A DNA stretch of 63,432 nucleotides, filler included, from Craspedostauros australis (taxonomy: Eukaryota), in assembly GCA_030167865.1 (NCBI GenBank). It is 13 parts of 13 records of this genome, joined end to end, with 100 filler letters (N's around TTAATTAATTAA, not from the genome) between each part and the next. Parts side by side here need not be neighbours in the genome. Positions count along the whole stretch, not along the records: positions 47,860 to 51,066 come from JALAGF010000375.1; positions 51,167 to 52,289 come from JALAGF010000376.1; positions 52,390 to 54,933 come from JALAGF010000377.1; positions 55,034 to 58,740 come from JALAGF010000379.1; positions 58,841 to 59,923 come from JALAGF010000380.1; positions 60,024 to 63,432 come from JALAGF010000381.1; 7 more parts are not named here. The stretch is one strand, 5' to 3'. The stretch's first letter is position 1. Every line of letters begins with the position of its first letter. A model generated the notes under the pieces. The model did not search any database. It had not been told where the DNA came from and saw nothing but the letters and a program-made list of their open reading frames with translations. A program made the translations under genes and the position numbers. Shown in pieces: positions 49,189 to 62,421 of this stretch.

Positions 49189-49722
49189 CCTGCAAGATGC
49201 CATCCCTTTCGCCCAGCGCAGACGATAGAGAACATTCCCACCAAGGTCTCACCCTCGGCATCTCTAGTTTGGCGCAACCCACCTCAGTCACAGACAATGG
49301 CGTCACAACCATGGACACAATCATCGCTGCAGTCGCGTGTCGAGTGAACGAACAACGCTCGTATTCCGACTTTCCAGCTTTTCTTTCCTTCGATACATGC
49401 ACAACACAAACCATCGCAACACTTCCAAGTTCGCGGCGCAGGCGCGATTTGGGACCAACGAAGCGACAAAGTGGACGAGCGAGTGGCAACATCATACCGA
49501 CAATAGCCGTACGAGTAGACATCCAGATACCGTCCCTGCCTTTCTTGTTGTGTGCCGTCGATTTATCGATCCACCAGCACCATTCCTTTCCCACAACTCC
49601 AACCGAGATCTCAACTGCGAGTTCAACCTCACACCAGCTCCACTCGGCCACGCACGAGTATAGTACGAGGACGCTCACAACGGGCATCATCAGCAGCAAT
49701 ATCATCATCAGCATCATCATCA

Positions 49723-50938
49723 ATGCCAACATCTAGCATGTGGAAACAGCGCGGATCGGATGCGTCTGTAGTTCTGCCATCGTTGACGCCGTTGGACAGA
49801 CGGTCTTCGCACTTGAGGTCATCGACGCATTCAAGGTCGTCACCGCGCCAACGCTTGAGACGCAAGTCATCACTCGTCGGCGGCACCTCCACCAAAGACT
49901 TCGAGGATGACAACACAGTCACCACAGCCGAGAACATCAGCAGCACCGTTGACGAATCGAAACATGAAATATATAACGTCAACGATGATGATGATGATGA
50001 CGACGACGACGACGATGGCCAGGGTAGCGGCAACTGCGACCACAACAACATCGAGAACGATTGCTTGGCAGAGACTAGTGGCGATGCAACTGCTCAGGGA
50101 AATGCTGGAGTCACACCGGCAGGTGCTTTCCACCACAACAAGATCCATTTCGGCACCTTCGTTGGACGTGAGGACGAGCTAGAACGATTGAACTCCATCT
50201 ACGGCCGCATCTGCCGCAAACCATTGAAGACATCCAGCAGAAATGGCCACAACAAGGACATCCAGATCGTCCTGATTCATGGATACTCCGGATCTGGCAA
50301 GTCGGCGTTGGTGGACCGCTTCCTCGCACGGCTCAACACAGATGGATGCACCCCATCGAGTCCTGCTGTCAAAAACGAAGAGGAAGGTGCGGATACTGGC
50401 GAAGGAGGCATGGGTGCGGCAAAGAAGAAGCGACGAGCGGACTCTCATCCGTGCCACTACGGGAAGGGAAAGTACGATCAGTACAATACAGGGGGCAATC
50501 TCTCCGCCATTGCGGATGCCCTGTCGCACTTCTTCCGCAACCTTGCGGCATCTGGCGATGATGCAGAGTGCCAACGAATCCGAATGAAGATGAGTCGGAG
50601 GATGGACAAGAGACGGCAGGACCTCGTCCGAAGAGTCATCCCGGGACTCTCGGCTGTGATGGGAGACGCTCCGGAGGATGGGACAGCGGACGGTACCCGA
50701 CAGAGCTTGGGAAGCATGAGTATCGGGAGCATGATCCGGAGCAACACGAACGCAAAGATGCAGGGCGACGAAGCATCGCTGGCTATTGGATCAATGTGTA
50801 CAGCGAGCATCTTTGAGGCTGACGGGGTTGCAAACACGAACTCCAGAAGCAAGGAGTGGGCTCAGCTCGTTTACACATTCAAGGTGATCCTCAAGGCCAT
50901 CTGCACGGATGGTCGTCCACTCGTGCTGTATCTGGATG
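49723..50938 (+). CDS. STAND/AAA_16-type (COG3899-like) P-loop ATPase, first exon, 3' partial
   Basis: FVGREDELERL, Walker A GYSGSGKS, GKYDQY, Walker B PLVLYLD split by GTGAGT donor at 50939. Confidence 0.8.
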
Positions 50939-51167
50939 GTGAGTGAACGGGGAGTGAGAGGAATGTATGCTGCACCAATTCCGCATCCGGTTGTTCGCGC
51001 CCAGTTCGCATCCGTGCCGTATCTGTTGAAGCGTATTGGTATCTGTGATCTTCTTGACCTGCATGTNNNNNNNNNNNNNNNNNNNNNNNNNNNNNNNNNN
51101 NNNNNNNNNNTTAATTAATTAANNNNNNNNNNNNNNNNNNNNNNNNNNNNNNNNNNNNNNNNNNNNA

Positions 51168-52289
51168 GCCGACAATGCAGCCGTATGGCAGGTCATCCGC
51201 CATGTGACTCACGGTGGTCCAGCATGGAACTGGGTGCAAGGCAATGAGCGATCCCGAGATGGACGTACTGCATACCTGACACTCCAAGAGCATTACCGCG
51301 GTGACTCCTATCAAGTCCGAACCAAGGCAACCGCGACCGGCATCATCAACAACACCTTCTACGATGGCAAGTCACGCAACTTCACATTCGAAACATACAC
51401 CCAACGCCTGAACTCTGCCTTCGAAGATATGGCTGCTTGTGGTGAACCGCTCGTCGAAGATGCCAAAGTCCGACACCTGATGCATGGCATTCGTGTGCCA
51501 CACCTGACCACCGCGTGTGATGCCATCATGCTCAACGAAAGCATCCGTACCAGCTTCCCCGCCACCGTGAATGCACTCAGCGAAGTGATCGGCCGCAAAC
51601 AGGCAACGACCCCCACGCGTCAGATCTCGTCCATGGGACGTAACAACAACAGTGGCGGCCGAGGCGGCCATTATCGCGCCAACAAACCAGGACGTGGAGG
51701 CCAAGGGCGAACCAAACAGTACAACCCCAACATGGTCATCACTGACCGTCACTATCTCCCTGAGGAGTGGGCAGTCATGTCATCCGCCCAAAAGGGACGC
51801 GCATTGGAATTGCGCGGCGCACGTGACAAACGCCGCGGTGTGATGTCTGTTGGCCGAGGCAGTCCGGCGAAACGCACTCGTGAGGACACGGACGGCCATT
51901 ATGGACCTCCAACTCCACCAAACCAGACCAACAACACTGGTACCAACCAAACCGCTGGGATTGGTTCCATGATGTCTCGCCGCAACCAAAACAATCGTTC
52001 CTGATCGCAGCATGAAGGGAACCGACAGGTCACGTCTGTCCATCTCTCATTGTCGTCTAACACACCGCGAGCGGAACTTGACTCACACGCTGACACATGT
52101 TGCTTCGGCGACACAGCATACATTGTGCACACCACGAATCAGACGGTGACTGCAACTCCCTTTCTTGACTCACTCGGGAACATCGACAACGTGTCAATCG
52201 TCACGGCAGCGATAGCATATGATGATCCCGTAACATACCAAACATTTGTTCTTTTCTTCCCACAATCGATCTACTTTCCTCGTCTTGAG
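51168..52289 (+). mobile_element. Copia (CoDi-type) gag 3' part plus start of pol (protease)
   Basis: DNAAVW...AWNWV...RDGRTAYLTLQEHYRG gag motifs; ELDSHADTCC protease motif in the same frame after TGA 52002-52004. Confidence 0.85.
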
Positions 52290-52389
52290 NNNNNNNNNNN
52301 NNNNNNNNNNNNNNNNNNNNNNNNNNNNNNNNNTTAATTAATTAANNNNNNNNNNNNNNNNNNNNNNNNNNNNNNNNNNNNNNNNNNNN

Positions 52390-52472
52390 AACTAATGAAA
52401 TAGCAAACAGACGACTATCAACCACCACCATCTTCCACGATCGTAGGTTACCGTGAGCGGAACTTGCCAACA
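52390..52472 (+). repeat. LTR-like right end (...GGAACTTGCCAACA)
   Basis: Matches 27245-27326. Confidence 0.6.
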
Positions 52473-54575
52473 AGGGCAGAAACATTCTGCCCATTTGCAA
52501 CAGTTCCGGAATGAAGACTTTGCAGACTCATTCCGTTCGGAAATGTTTGTGCCCATGCCATTTCTGTGGCTCACCATGCCGAAAATTGGGAGGAGTGGTC
52601 TGGTGACATCATGCTGTGAAGGACAATGATGGTGCAACCCACAACATGCTTACAATAATGGTACGTTTGAAGGAAGCAACCAATGTTGGCGTGACCTGGC
52701 ACTTTTCTGTATGCCATGGTCTGGGCTTTGCAGATGGTGATGGAAGCCATCCCGATGGCCATGACGAAGCCACTAACACACAAAGCTGCGCCACTGACGT
52801 TGTCACCCACAACATCAACAACACTATGACGAGCACAAGGAACATGACGGTCGGCACTGCAGCTGCCATGGCTGGCAACAGCATGACACCATCAACACAC
52901 CAACCCACAATCAACCTAGGAGGCCGCTGCCCCACGCCGGCAGGGGACAGTCTGCGCAACAACAACGGACACCTACCATCAGCAACGCAGCCAAGGCTGC
53001 ATGGCCAACAGGCCACGCCCACAGTTCCTGCAATCAGTCATCAGACAGCAACCCTGACTGCCACTGACAACATCATTTCAGTTTTTATGGACAGTACCGA
53101 AATAACGCAAGATCGAATTGAAATCAAGCGGGCAACCCTTGAGATGATGGAGGCTGAGATGGCTCTCAAGGTGGAGGAAAAGCGTGCAAAGCAGGCACAG
53201 GAGGACACCTTGCAACAGAGGCCCAGATTGTTTGCCGATGTCAATGAAGAAAGCTGAGCAACAAAGAAGCCCCGCGTTCTCAGAGAAATGCCCCTGGCAG
53301 GTGGCCCCAAAGTCAATGCGAACGTCTCCCCAAATGGCAACAGATGGTGGGAGCACAAGGATATCTCCCTCAATGCGGCATTGGTTGATACTTCTGGCCA
53401 GTTGGCAAGCAGATCAGGTGGTGAAGATCCAGCAGCAGCAGCAGCAGGTGTGAGAGCCAGTACAGATCAGTACACGCACCGTCGCACTGCTATGGATGAA
53501 AGAAGCCAGAACAGTCGCATTCACCCATCACTCCAACGGATTCTACCAGCCCAGGCAAGCGATGCACATCGCAGAACACAAACAGAGACATGAACAGAGA
53601 CACAGACAATGCCACCACCACGATCACTGGCGTCAACAATGGGAGCCGAAACTACCAGAATCGGGATGCCATCGCCAACAACAATGCTGGAATCAACTGT
53701 GGCGGTCCCTGAAGATGATGCAAGAACAGGAGAGACAGTGGAAGGAAGCGCGGAACAAGCACTGCAGCCTGCAGCACCACCGACAACATCAGCGGAAGGA
53801 CGGATGGAAGAACAACAGCCACAGCACCAGCATAATGACCAAGAGAAAGAACAAGGGAAGGCTGCTACTACTGGGATGAGGATCTGGGGGAGGGCTGCAC
53901 GACAGAGCCACGGTGATGCAAGTTAACATGCTCTTTCAAGGCAAACAAGAATACCATAAGTAGTGGAGTAAGAATGTGCAACTCTTGCTTGTCGTAACTA
54001 GACGAATCCTGCTGATGGAACGCAACAAGCCAACTGGCAAGAGAGTTGGAACAACATCTGTAACCCCCTTTGGAGAGAGCAGAACAGGCTGGCTCTGTGG
54101 CTGTCGAATGTGTGGAATCGCATCAAGAGGCGAAGGATCCGTGGACCAGAATGAAAAAAGCCAAAAAACAACAAGATGCAGTCCGTGCGCAACACGATAA
54201 TGAGCAAAAAAGCCACAAGTTGTTTTCGAAAATACGCAAGAATGTTTCGCCATTTGGTGGCCCGCATCCCTTTTCGACTTTCGTATTCCTTCGTCGCAAT
54301 TTGAAAAAAACGCCGTTTTCCCTTCCCCTCCCTGGCACACCACATGCTGCAGTGCTTGAACTGGCAGAATGTCATTGGGTGGAAAGGCGCGTTTCGTTTG
54401 TTCTGTGCCAACGCGGCGTGACGCTGTGTGGCATGGTGCGACCGCCACGAGGATGGCGGTAGTGTGTGCATCGCCAACCTCCAGCCCAACATCCCTCTGT
54501 GTTGGTGTTAGGCAAGTAGGAAATACACGTAGCTCGTACGGGCCAGAGCGTGTGCTCTGTGCCGATGGTACATAC

Positions 54576-54933
54576 GAGCCCGATCAGTGAGTCGACCTGC
54601 ACTTTGTCATGGGACTCAATAACTTTTATCTAGTAGATCCAAACCAAGCACATATTAGTAATCCTTATAATCTTCTTACAAATAATTAACCGATCGATTT
54701 TTGTTGTATATCCTTTTTTAAGTTTTATGTACAGTCAAAGATATGCTAAAGTCCTATGAGTCGACCCCATGAAACTCCTGCTTGTTTTTCAGAAGGTTCT
54801 ATGCTGTTCCGAAGTATTTATCGCCGGGTGATCAGTCACGGACCTGCCTCGGAAGGAGTCGTTCGTTTGGTACACGTTAAATACACGTTAGCATCTGCGA
54901 CATGATCTCACATTTTGCTCGTCACAAAACACA
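54576..54933 (+). mobile_element. Putative transposon end: 27-bp terminus plus AT-rich subterminal sequence
   Basis: Terminus identical to the reverse complement of 39054-39080; abrupt AT enrichment after it. Confidence 0.55.
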
Positions 54934-55789
54934 NNNNNNNNNNNNNNNNNNNNNNNNNNNNNNNNNNNNNNNNNNNNTTAATTAATTAANNNNNNNNNNN
55001 NNNNNNNNNNNNNNNNNNNNNNNNNNNNNNNNNGCTTCAAATCAAAAGGGATGATCCTTCATTTGTCCTCACACTTGTGCTTACCAGATTTGGACTTCCA
55101 ACACTCAGCGCATCCCCGCCGCAAAACAGGATCTCACCCAAGAGTTTGCACCAACAAAGACATGGATGTTCTTCCTTTGCGGAGTTCAGTTCCAAGACCA
55201 CATGAGGCATACATACAAGAGAAGCATATCATGTTTGCCGGTATGTGCATCCGCACCATTGTCAAGTGATCTCCCTTTTGTCAACAGAAACTGATGCGTG
55301 GGAAGGCATCTGCATTCGCAGTGGTCATGCGTGTGGCCAGAATCTGGGTGAATCCGATTGCCATCCTGCTGTCACACATGTACATCTTTTTATTCACATT
55401 AATAAGAACAATAATAACTCACTGAATGTCCTCCGTGTACAAAGTTGCCTTGGAGGCTTTAGTGTCGGCCGCCTACAATGAGCCTAAGGCCAATTGCGCT
55501 GAAATGACTTCCCTGTGTCTCTCACTACCTATCCTACCACAGTTTGTCAGCACCATGGGCCATCAAACATATCACACTGGGCATCCGGCTTGCGCCTGCT
55601 ATGCTCTTTCACTAATATCATGCACTGATCCGTGCTCCACGCCGTTTGTTTGTTCGCCCTTCCTCCAACGCCCCATATAACCGTCGTTTGCACAGACCCG
55701 TTTCTCATCGCTGCCCTCTAACCTTGTGTGTCAGCCCTTGGCTTACTCCTCTTCTCTCCTGCATCGTTGCATGTTGTTGCTGCCCGACC

Positions 55790-56560
55790 GCCTGGGCAGG
55801 TATCCATACTGCTTGCATATGCTTCACCCACCGGCTCTGAGCATCCACTGGCCACCTCACCACCTCCACTCTCACTACATTCGTCATGAGAGCTTGGTCT
55901 GTGGCCAGGATACCTCCACCTCCGATCGCCCATTGCTTGTTCACCCTGGCTCATACTTCTTTTTTCTGGGCTGCCGCGCGCTTGCGTTCGTCCTGGTCAT
56001 GCAGCACACAGTTGCGCGCTTCATATGCCTTCCATCGAACCTCCTACAGCCCTCAAACGGATATGCCCCTCCAGTTTGTCGGTTTCGTTGAGAGCTCTTC
56101 CTCCATCATCACGGACTCCTGTATCGCCCTCCACTGCCTCGTCCAGCACCCACATACCATCATACCCCATCCGATCGCCTGTTGGGCATTGACTGCTTCT
56201 TGGATTTGCGCTGGTGCTCTTGGCTCCATGTCATCTATGTTGCTCCAACTTCTCAGCTGGCAGAGCAGCTCTTGGGCCATCTCTGGATCTCCTCCTGCCT
56301 GCAGCATGTCATCTCCCCACTCTGCATTCGCCTTCTCCCTCACTGCGACTGCTGCTGGATGGCGACACTGCATGACTTGCTCAGTTGTTATCTTATTCAC
56401 ATGAGTACTAACACATTCATGTTTCTCAATGAAGCAAGCAACCTTTGCTTGAAAGATAAGCACATGGATGGCGATCTTGATTCGATGGGAACATCTCATG
56501 AGGTTGGGACCCAATGGAAGGAGGAAGCAACACAGATGCAGACACAAACCAAGACATACA
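55790..56560 (-). pseudogene. Non-LTR retrotransposon (LINE) C-terminal remnant
   Basis: AQQAIGWGMMVCGCWTRQW resembles the QxxIGW...G...W motif downstream of RT in diatom LINEs; frameshifted. Confidence 0.5.
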
Positions 56561-57475
56561 TCTCACCTCGCAAGGAATGAATGAGACACTGATGTCATGT
56601 GAAGCTGAATGGAGCTGTATCATACGGCGTGGAGTATGAACAGAAAGAACTGTAGGTCCTATCGACACGCGAAGAAATACAAGTAATCGAGTAGATATAA
56701 GACACCGGACAGCCAAAGAAAACACCATGTTTATGCTGTCATAGTAGTGCTACTACTAGTTGGTACCAACAAACTATAGTTGGCATCCTCATGATCACTG
56801 CAAACAACAGCATCCTCTGGAGTATGTGCTTGATGTAGAGAACACACTGAACACCTCGCGAAAATAACACGAGACGGAAGCCAAGAAAATAACACGAAGG
56901 AAGTCCGCACAAGAAGGAGGGAGTTTTGTGGCTGTGAGTCCAACAAGTCGGGACCATTTTCTCGTCGTGTTAAATCTCCACACAAAATCAGAATTTGCGT
57001 CAGGACGCAACAATTCCAGAAAAGGGCCAAAATTTGCGTCCTGACGCAAATTGTTCCCATTATCGCGACAAAAATTCTCCATGGATATCGTGACAAAGCC
57101 ATACCCACGATTTTCGACATCCATTTCAAAGCGCAGATCGTCTTGTTCCATGGGCTCTCACATTCATTGTCCCACTCGTNCAATTTCTCTTCACCTGGTG
57201 TGCTACTGACATGCTGCTGATCTTCATGGGGTGTGTCNCTGGCTTGTTGTTGTTCTTCATGCAGTTTGAGAGCACCTGTGATTCTCGACAGACACATACA
57301 CACTCTACTCGTGCAACTACGATGATGATTGGGAAGCCTTGGTACCATACATGCTCATGGCAGATACGGATTCATGGTGCATCTTTCATTGATGTCATAA
57401 TTTCGTCTTCTTCCACACATCAATCAACGACTGCCGACCAACTCGCAACTTGAAACTCACAACAGCGTTCACACC

Positions 57476-58740
57476 ATGAAATTCCCCATCGTCAACCNAG
57501 CTTCTCCGNTGCTCCTGGCNACCATCATTGGTATCGTCAACGTGAGGCATGTGGCATCCGCCAAGTGCGGCGATCCTTGGCGCGAACCGTGTCTCGGCGA
57601 CACCGACGCCAGATACAAAACGGACCTCAATTATGATATCGAAGCGCAGAGCGATCTTGCGGTACGTCAATCATTGCCCAGTCACTCTGAGGATTCAGTT
57701 GGGTTGATCATGCATGCATGGATACCAGCTCGCCGTTGCACAATGTGCGATGAGTACCAAACGCTCTCAATCATTGATGGTCTGTTTGTCTTGGAGCGGC
57801 CCCTCTGCTCTGCTCCGCCCTGCACGATCCCACGAGCATTCTAACATATGGTACATATGCATTCATCCGTCCATCATCTGTCTGACTCCATTGCATTATT
57901 TACTCTTTGATCACACAGCAAGCGTATCAGGGATACTACGTGTGCGACAAGTACACGTACGGACCGGATGGTCAGCCGTCGCAGAGTCGTCAAGTGGACG
58001 TTCCCGGTGTTGGACTGTTGGCATTCGGCACATTTCCGTACAAGAGCTTCACCAATTACACGGTGGCTGGAACCAGAAGCTACACTCATCGATACAATAT
58101 TCTCCCTCCTTTTCCTGGTTCTGGAGGTGCTCCTTTTGGGATCTCGGGAAGTGTCGATGTGTATGCAACATCGACCTTCGAGCTGGATGGGAGGCTCGTC
58201 ACTTTGCCGTACCTGGAGAATCGCGATGCCACGGATGGCCTGTTCACGGATGATGGAGTGACGGTGACGTACCAAGTTGGAAACGACACGCTCTTCGCCA
58301 AGACGATCCGCGACGTCGCGCCTGGCACCTTTTTCACGACGAGTCTAACCTGCCTCAAGAAAGATTGCGACACCGTTCGCGAGTTAGCATCGATCTATCA
58401 AAACTTCCAGCACGCATTCTCGGAGGGGTGCACCAATCAACGCATCAGCGAACAAGAGTTCGTCGAAGGCATCGCGGCCACATACCAGCAATTCATGGTA
58501 CCAGAATCAGCCCGTGTTAGCGTGCCGATGGCGGATTCATCTTTGTCCGGCTCTTTTCCTGGCGAGGAGGAATGGTGCAAGGTACGAGCACGAGCACGAA
58601 TAGGCATGGATTGATTGGTGTCAAATGCATGGATCTGTGGTGGTTGCGAGGCAATGGTGTTGCATTTTTTTGTGGTTCGTTACATTCCTTTTCTTGCTGG
58701 CTCACTCATCCAATGATCTTCACTTCTTCGCCAATGCAGT
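57476..58740 (+). CDS. Secreted Cys-containing hypothetical protein; exons 57476-57661, 57919-58581, 58740-(gap)
   Basis: Signal peptide ending VASA; phase-0 GTACGT...CAG intron joins two ORFs in frame; second GT...CAG intron just before the gap. Confidence 0.7.
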
Positions 58741-58840
58741 NNNNNNNNNNNNNNNNNNNNNNNNNNNNNNNNNNNNNNNNNNNNTTAATTAATTAANNNN
58801 NNNNNNNNNNNNNNNNNNNNNNNNNNNNNNNNNNNNNNNN

Positions 58841-59923
58841 AATGTACCCTGATGCATGATCCACAAACATCGCTCCGCCCTTGTACATCTCCGAGGAGTC
58901 GGATTTGCCCCTTCCAGTGAATAGACGACCCAGCGTGCGTCCCACGAAGTGGTCCACGGAAACCTGTTGGCCAGGGAAGAGATGATCAGTTTTGATCACA
59001 CCCTGTCGGTCCTGTATTGCGTGCTGTGTTGTGCCTGGCGTAGGTCTGCGGTGTTGTTTGCCGAATTGGCATGCCGCACATAGCGGGCACTCCTGCACAC
59101 GGGCGGCTGCTGTTTGCATTTTTCGTGATGCTTCGGTGTTGACGAGTGCACCTGATCGAAGTAGGAATTGCACGCGTCGGAAGGAGAGGTGCCCGAGTCG
59201 GTAGTGCCACTTGAGGAGTTCCTTTTGTGGTTGGCTCAGATTTTGGTTGTGTTGTGCCACGGAAGTGATGGTTGTTGTGAGCGCGGCTGGCACGTCGGAG
59301 AGGTCGCCTGTGCGGTAGGCACGTGATGTGGGAAGGCGGTTTGCTTTCCGGTTGTGGGCGATGATAGATCCTCGTTCTTTGTTTCCTGGGATACCACTCA
59401 GCTTGATGTTGGTAGCTTCCACGATGATGTTTTCGCCCTTATACTCATGGAGGAGGCTTGTTGTGCTGATGAGTTTGACGGATGATCCTGGTACGTAGAA
59501 GGCCGGGAGACGCAAGGATCGTGGCTTGCCGTTGGTGTCGAGGATCGACCACTCCACCGTACCCTTCGTCTTGACCTTGGTGCGACGCAAGAACCCGTTA
59601 AGGAAGGTCGGTGTTGTTGGTGCAGAGGTGGGGCCCACAAAATCGTTCATGTCGTTGGTAACACACATGGAGGCACCGGTGTCCCACACTACATCGAAGG
59701 AGCCACCGCTTGGGATGACCTCTTCTACCTTGTGAGGCGCGGCGAAGGCATGTTTACAACCGAGGATGGCCGTGAGGGTGTAATAGGCGTTGGCAAGTAC
59801 GTTGGCGCTTGCGTGTTCACTTGGTCGTGCTTCGTTGCGTTGGTTGGGTGGACGAGCGGGACTGGGCGTATGCTTCGCGCGACAGGAGTTTTGGCTTGTA
59901 CCTCTGCATCGGCGAACCCGTCG
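58841..59923 (-). mobile_element. Second, uninterrupted copy of the Copia protease-zinc finger-integrase fragment
   Basis: Near-identical to ~45725-46807, with CGA where the other copy has TGA. Confidence 0.92.
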
Positions 59924-60023
59924 NNNNNNNNNNNNNNNNNNNNNNNNNNNNNNNNNNNNNNNNNNNNTTAATTAATTAANNNNNNNNNNNNNNNNNNNNN
60001 NNNNNNNNNNNNNNNNNNNNNNN

Positions 60024-61145
60024 CCAGAGATTGGCATGTTCACGTTCGCGGTCCAGTCTCCGTCGTTCCACTCAACATCCAAACTGTCATTCGGCTTCAA
60101 GGTGGCCGTCAGCTTGCTCTCATCCTCCAAGGTGCGCTCCCACTCAACAGAAAGATCGCCGTTGCTCGTCAGTGTTGGAGACACACGATCGCGATCGTTG
60201 ATCTGCTGGGACACGGTGACCTCCTGGTTGTCAGCGGATGCTGTGAGCTTGATGCCAGTGTTGTCGATCTGGTGATCGATCTCGACCTCCTGGCTCTCGG
60301 CAGAAGCGGTGAGCTTGATGCCGGTGCTCTCCAGCTTGTGGGACACGACGACCTCCTGGCTGTCAGCAGATGCTGTGAGCTTGACATCGGTGGCATCGTT
60401 GTTGTATCCGAGCACGACGTCGGCTTGTTCATCGGCCACGTTGTATCGTGGGTTGATGGTGACACGAGCTCCATCCAGGTCGAGGCCCTTGGTGGCTTCG
60501 ATGGTCTTGACGGCGTTTCCGCTGCCTCCAGCGGATGCTGTGAGGCGGATGGCGAGATCGGCCTCTGAGTTGTCGGCATCGACCTCGAAGTCAGCCGAGT
60601 TCATGTCCTGTGCATCGACATCGGCTCTGGCGGAGACGCCCCATCCAGAGACATCGGTCTTGACCTTTCCCCAGACGGATCGTGGGAGGGATGCGATGTC
60701 GCTGGTTGGTCTGACATCGGACTCGAGTCCGTAGCTGATGTCGAGGTCACCCGAGTTGGCCGCACCTTCCCAGGTGAGGGTTGGGTTGAGTCCGTCGACG
60801 CCGTCGAAGTTTCCGTCTTGGACGGAGATCTGGTGTTGCGATGTGGTCAATTGATCATGAATTTATTTCGAGAAGCAACGACAATGCAAATGCAAATGCG
60901 TTCGAGTTCGAGGGTTGGCGCTTCGTGATGAGAATTGTTGCGGTAGCAATCTAACAGCAAGCAAGGCAGCAATCATTCCAAGTGTCAACATTGTGCGTTC
61001 CCAACATGGCCGTCCTCACTTCATGCGACCACAAGTGATGTGCGCAAATGCGGGCGGCGTCGAACACTTGACTTACTGTGAGCTTTGGGCGGTTTGCGGA
61101 AACGCAGGCGCTGAAAAGGGCGATGTAGGCAATGGCGAGCTTCAT
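60024..61145 (-). CDS. Signal-peptide, beta-strand-rich (beta-barrel-like) protein, copy A; exons 61145-61077 and 60829-(60024, gap)
   Basis: MKLAIAYIALFSACVSANRPKLT, GTAAGT...CAG intron, then ISVQDGNF; alternating hydrophobic pattern throughout. Confidence 0.8.
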
Positions 61146-62421
61146 GATGATGGTGGTGGTTTGAAGGTTGAGTGTGGGTGTTGTTGAGTGAGATGTGGAT
61201 ATCTTTTCGAGTTTGACCGACGCTGGATTTTATGGCAGAAATGAGCGGCCGCCGTTTGTTTGTTTGATTGCCTACACGATTCACCGTGTGATGCGATGCC
61301 GGGCGATGTGCTGCGGTGCGGCGTTGTATTGTTGGCGGAAGCGAAGCGAGTTGAAGTGAAGTGAAGTGCGTTGTGTTGTGCAATTGGTTGTGGGCGTGCT
61401 GTGATGTGATGTGCTGAATGCTCGTACTTACCATGTGCTCTCCGTCAGGTTCTTACTTGGTGTTGCACGCAAGTTTCGCGTGCAAACGATCACGATGGTG
61501 AGCCGTTGTTGAAGATCGTGAGTTGCTTTCGCGAAACATGAAAAATGATGAGCTAAGTTTCTCGCATGGTGTCAGCAAAAGATCCCTTCACTTTGTGCCA
61601 GCTGATACCAAAGACATCACCAAAACTAAACGCAGCCCGCAACCTCAACACACGCGGACGCTGATCGACAATCACCTCGCAGTCTCCACCAAACCAACTG
61701 ATGCCCATGCCTTGATGCTTTGCGATTCTTCTATCGGCTAGTGCATCTTGTGCTTATCTGATTGAATGAGAAAAACAACCACCTATCTCTGCCGATCGTA
61801 GCCTGTGCTGCAACTCGGTTGTCAGCTGACGTCATGAAACGTTAAGTAAAAGATACCTTTTGATAAATCATGAACTTGCGTGCCAAAGCGACACGTTGTG
61901 CCAGGTGTCAAAACCTTGACACCACCGGGCCATTCCCAGCTGTCCTGGCTTGTGGTGGACTTGTGCTGGTCTTGCCTCGCAAGTTCACCGATTGCCAAAC
62001 TTCCGACACATGTGCAACTTGATGACACAGGATCAGGTATCGGTGGCCACAAGTCGGGAAGATCACCGATGAATCTCCTCCTTGTCGCACCTCAAGAATC
62101 CAGGTGTCAAAGCTTGACACCTTCCCTTCCCGACTCTCTCTCCCTCCCTGCTCTTTCCTTCTCGATTCATCGCCCATCTTGAATTTGGATCCAACCTTGC
62201 TGGTGGGATCTTCTGACGTTGACCTCAAGGAGCAATGACATCAAACCGAACGCAAGCGCAATGGAACTCGGGCGATCGCGAATGAGGACGAAATGCCAAT
62301 GATCGGCATCGACAGTTGACTGATCGTCATAAAATCATCTGCCTGTCAAAGAACAACACAAGCCTCCCACCAGCCAACCTTACCCAGCATCCCCCATACG
62401 ACATCAATTCAACCTGAAACA

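Noticed and set aside
52616..53930. Low-complexity/coiled-coil ORF fragments
   Set aside because: Interrupted by stops, next to TE ends and unassignable
45652..59923. Apparent large inverted repeats (the two Copia copies; also 25.7 kb versus 48 kb)
   Set aside because: Copies lie on different contigs, so relative orientation and distance are arbitrary
7845..60023. Recurring TTAATTAATTAA in N-runs, superficially like an array or TTAA target sites
   Set aside because: Artificial contig linker, not biological; ORFs ending in X...N are artefacts of it
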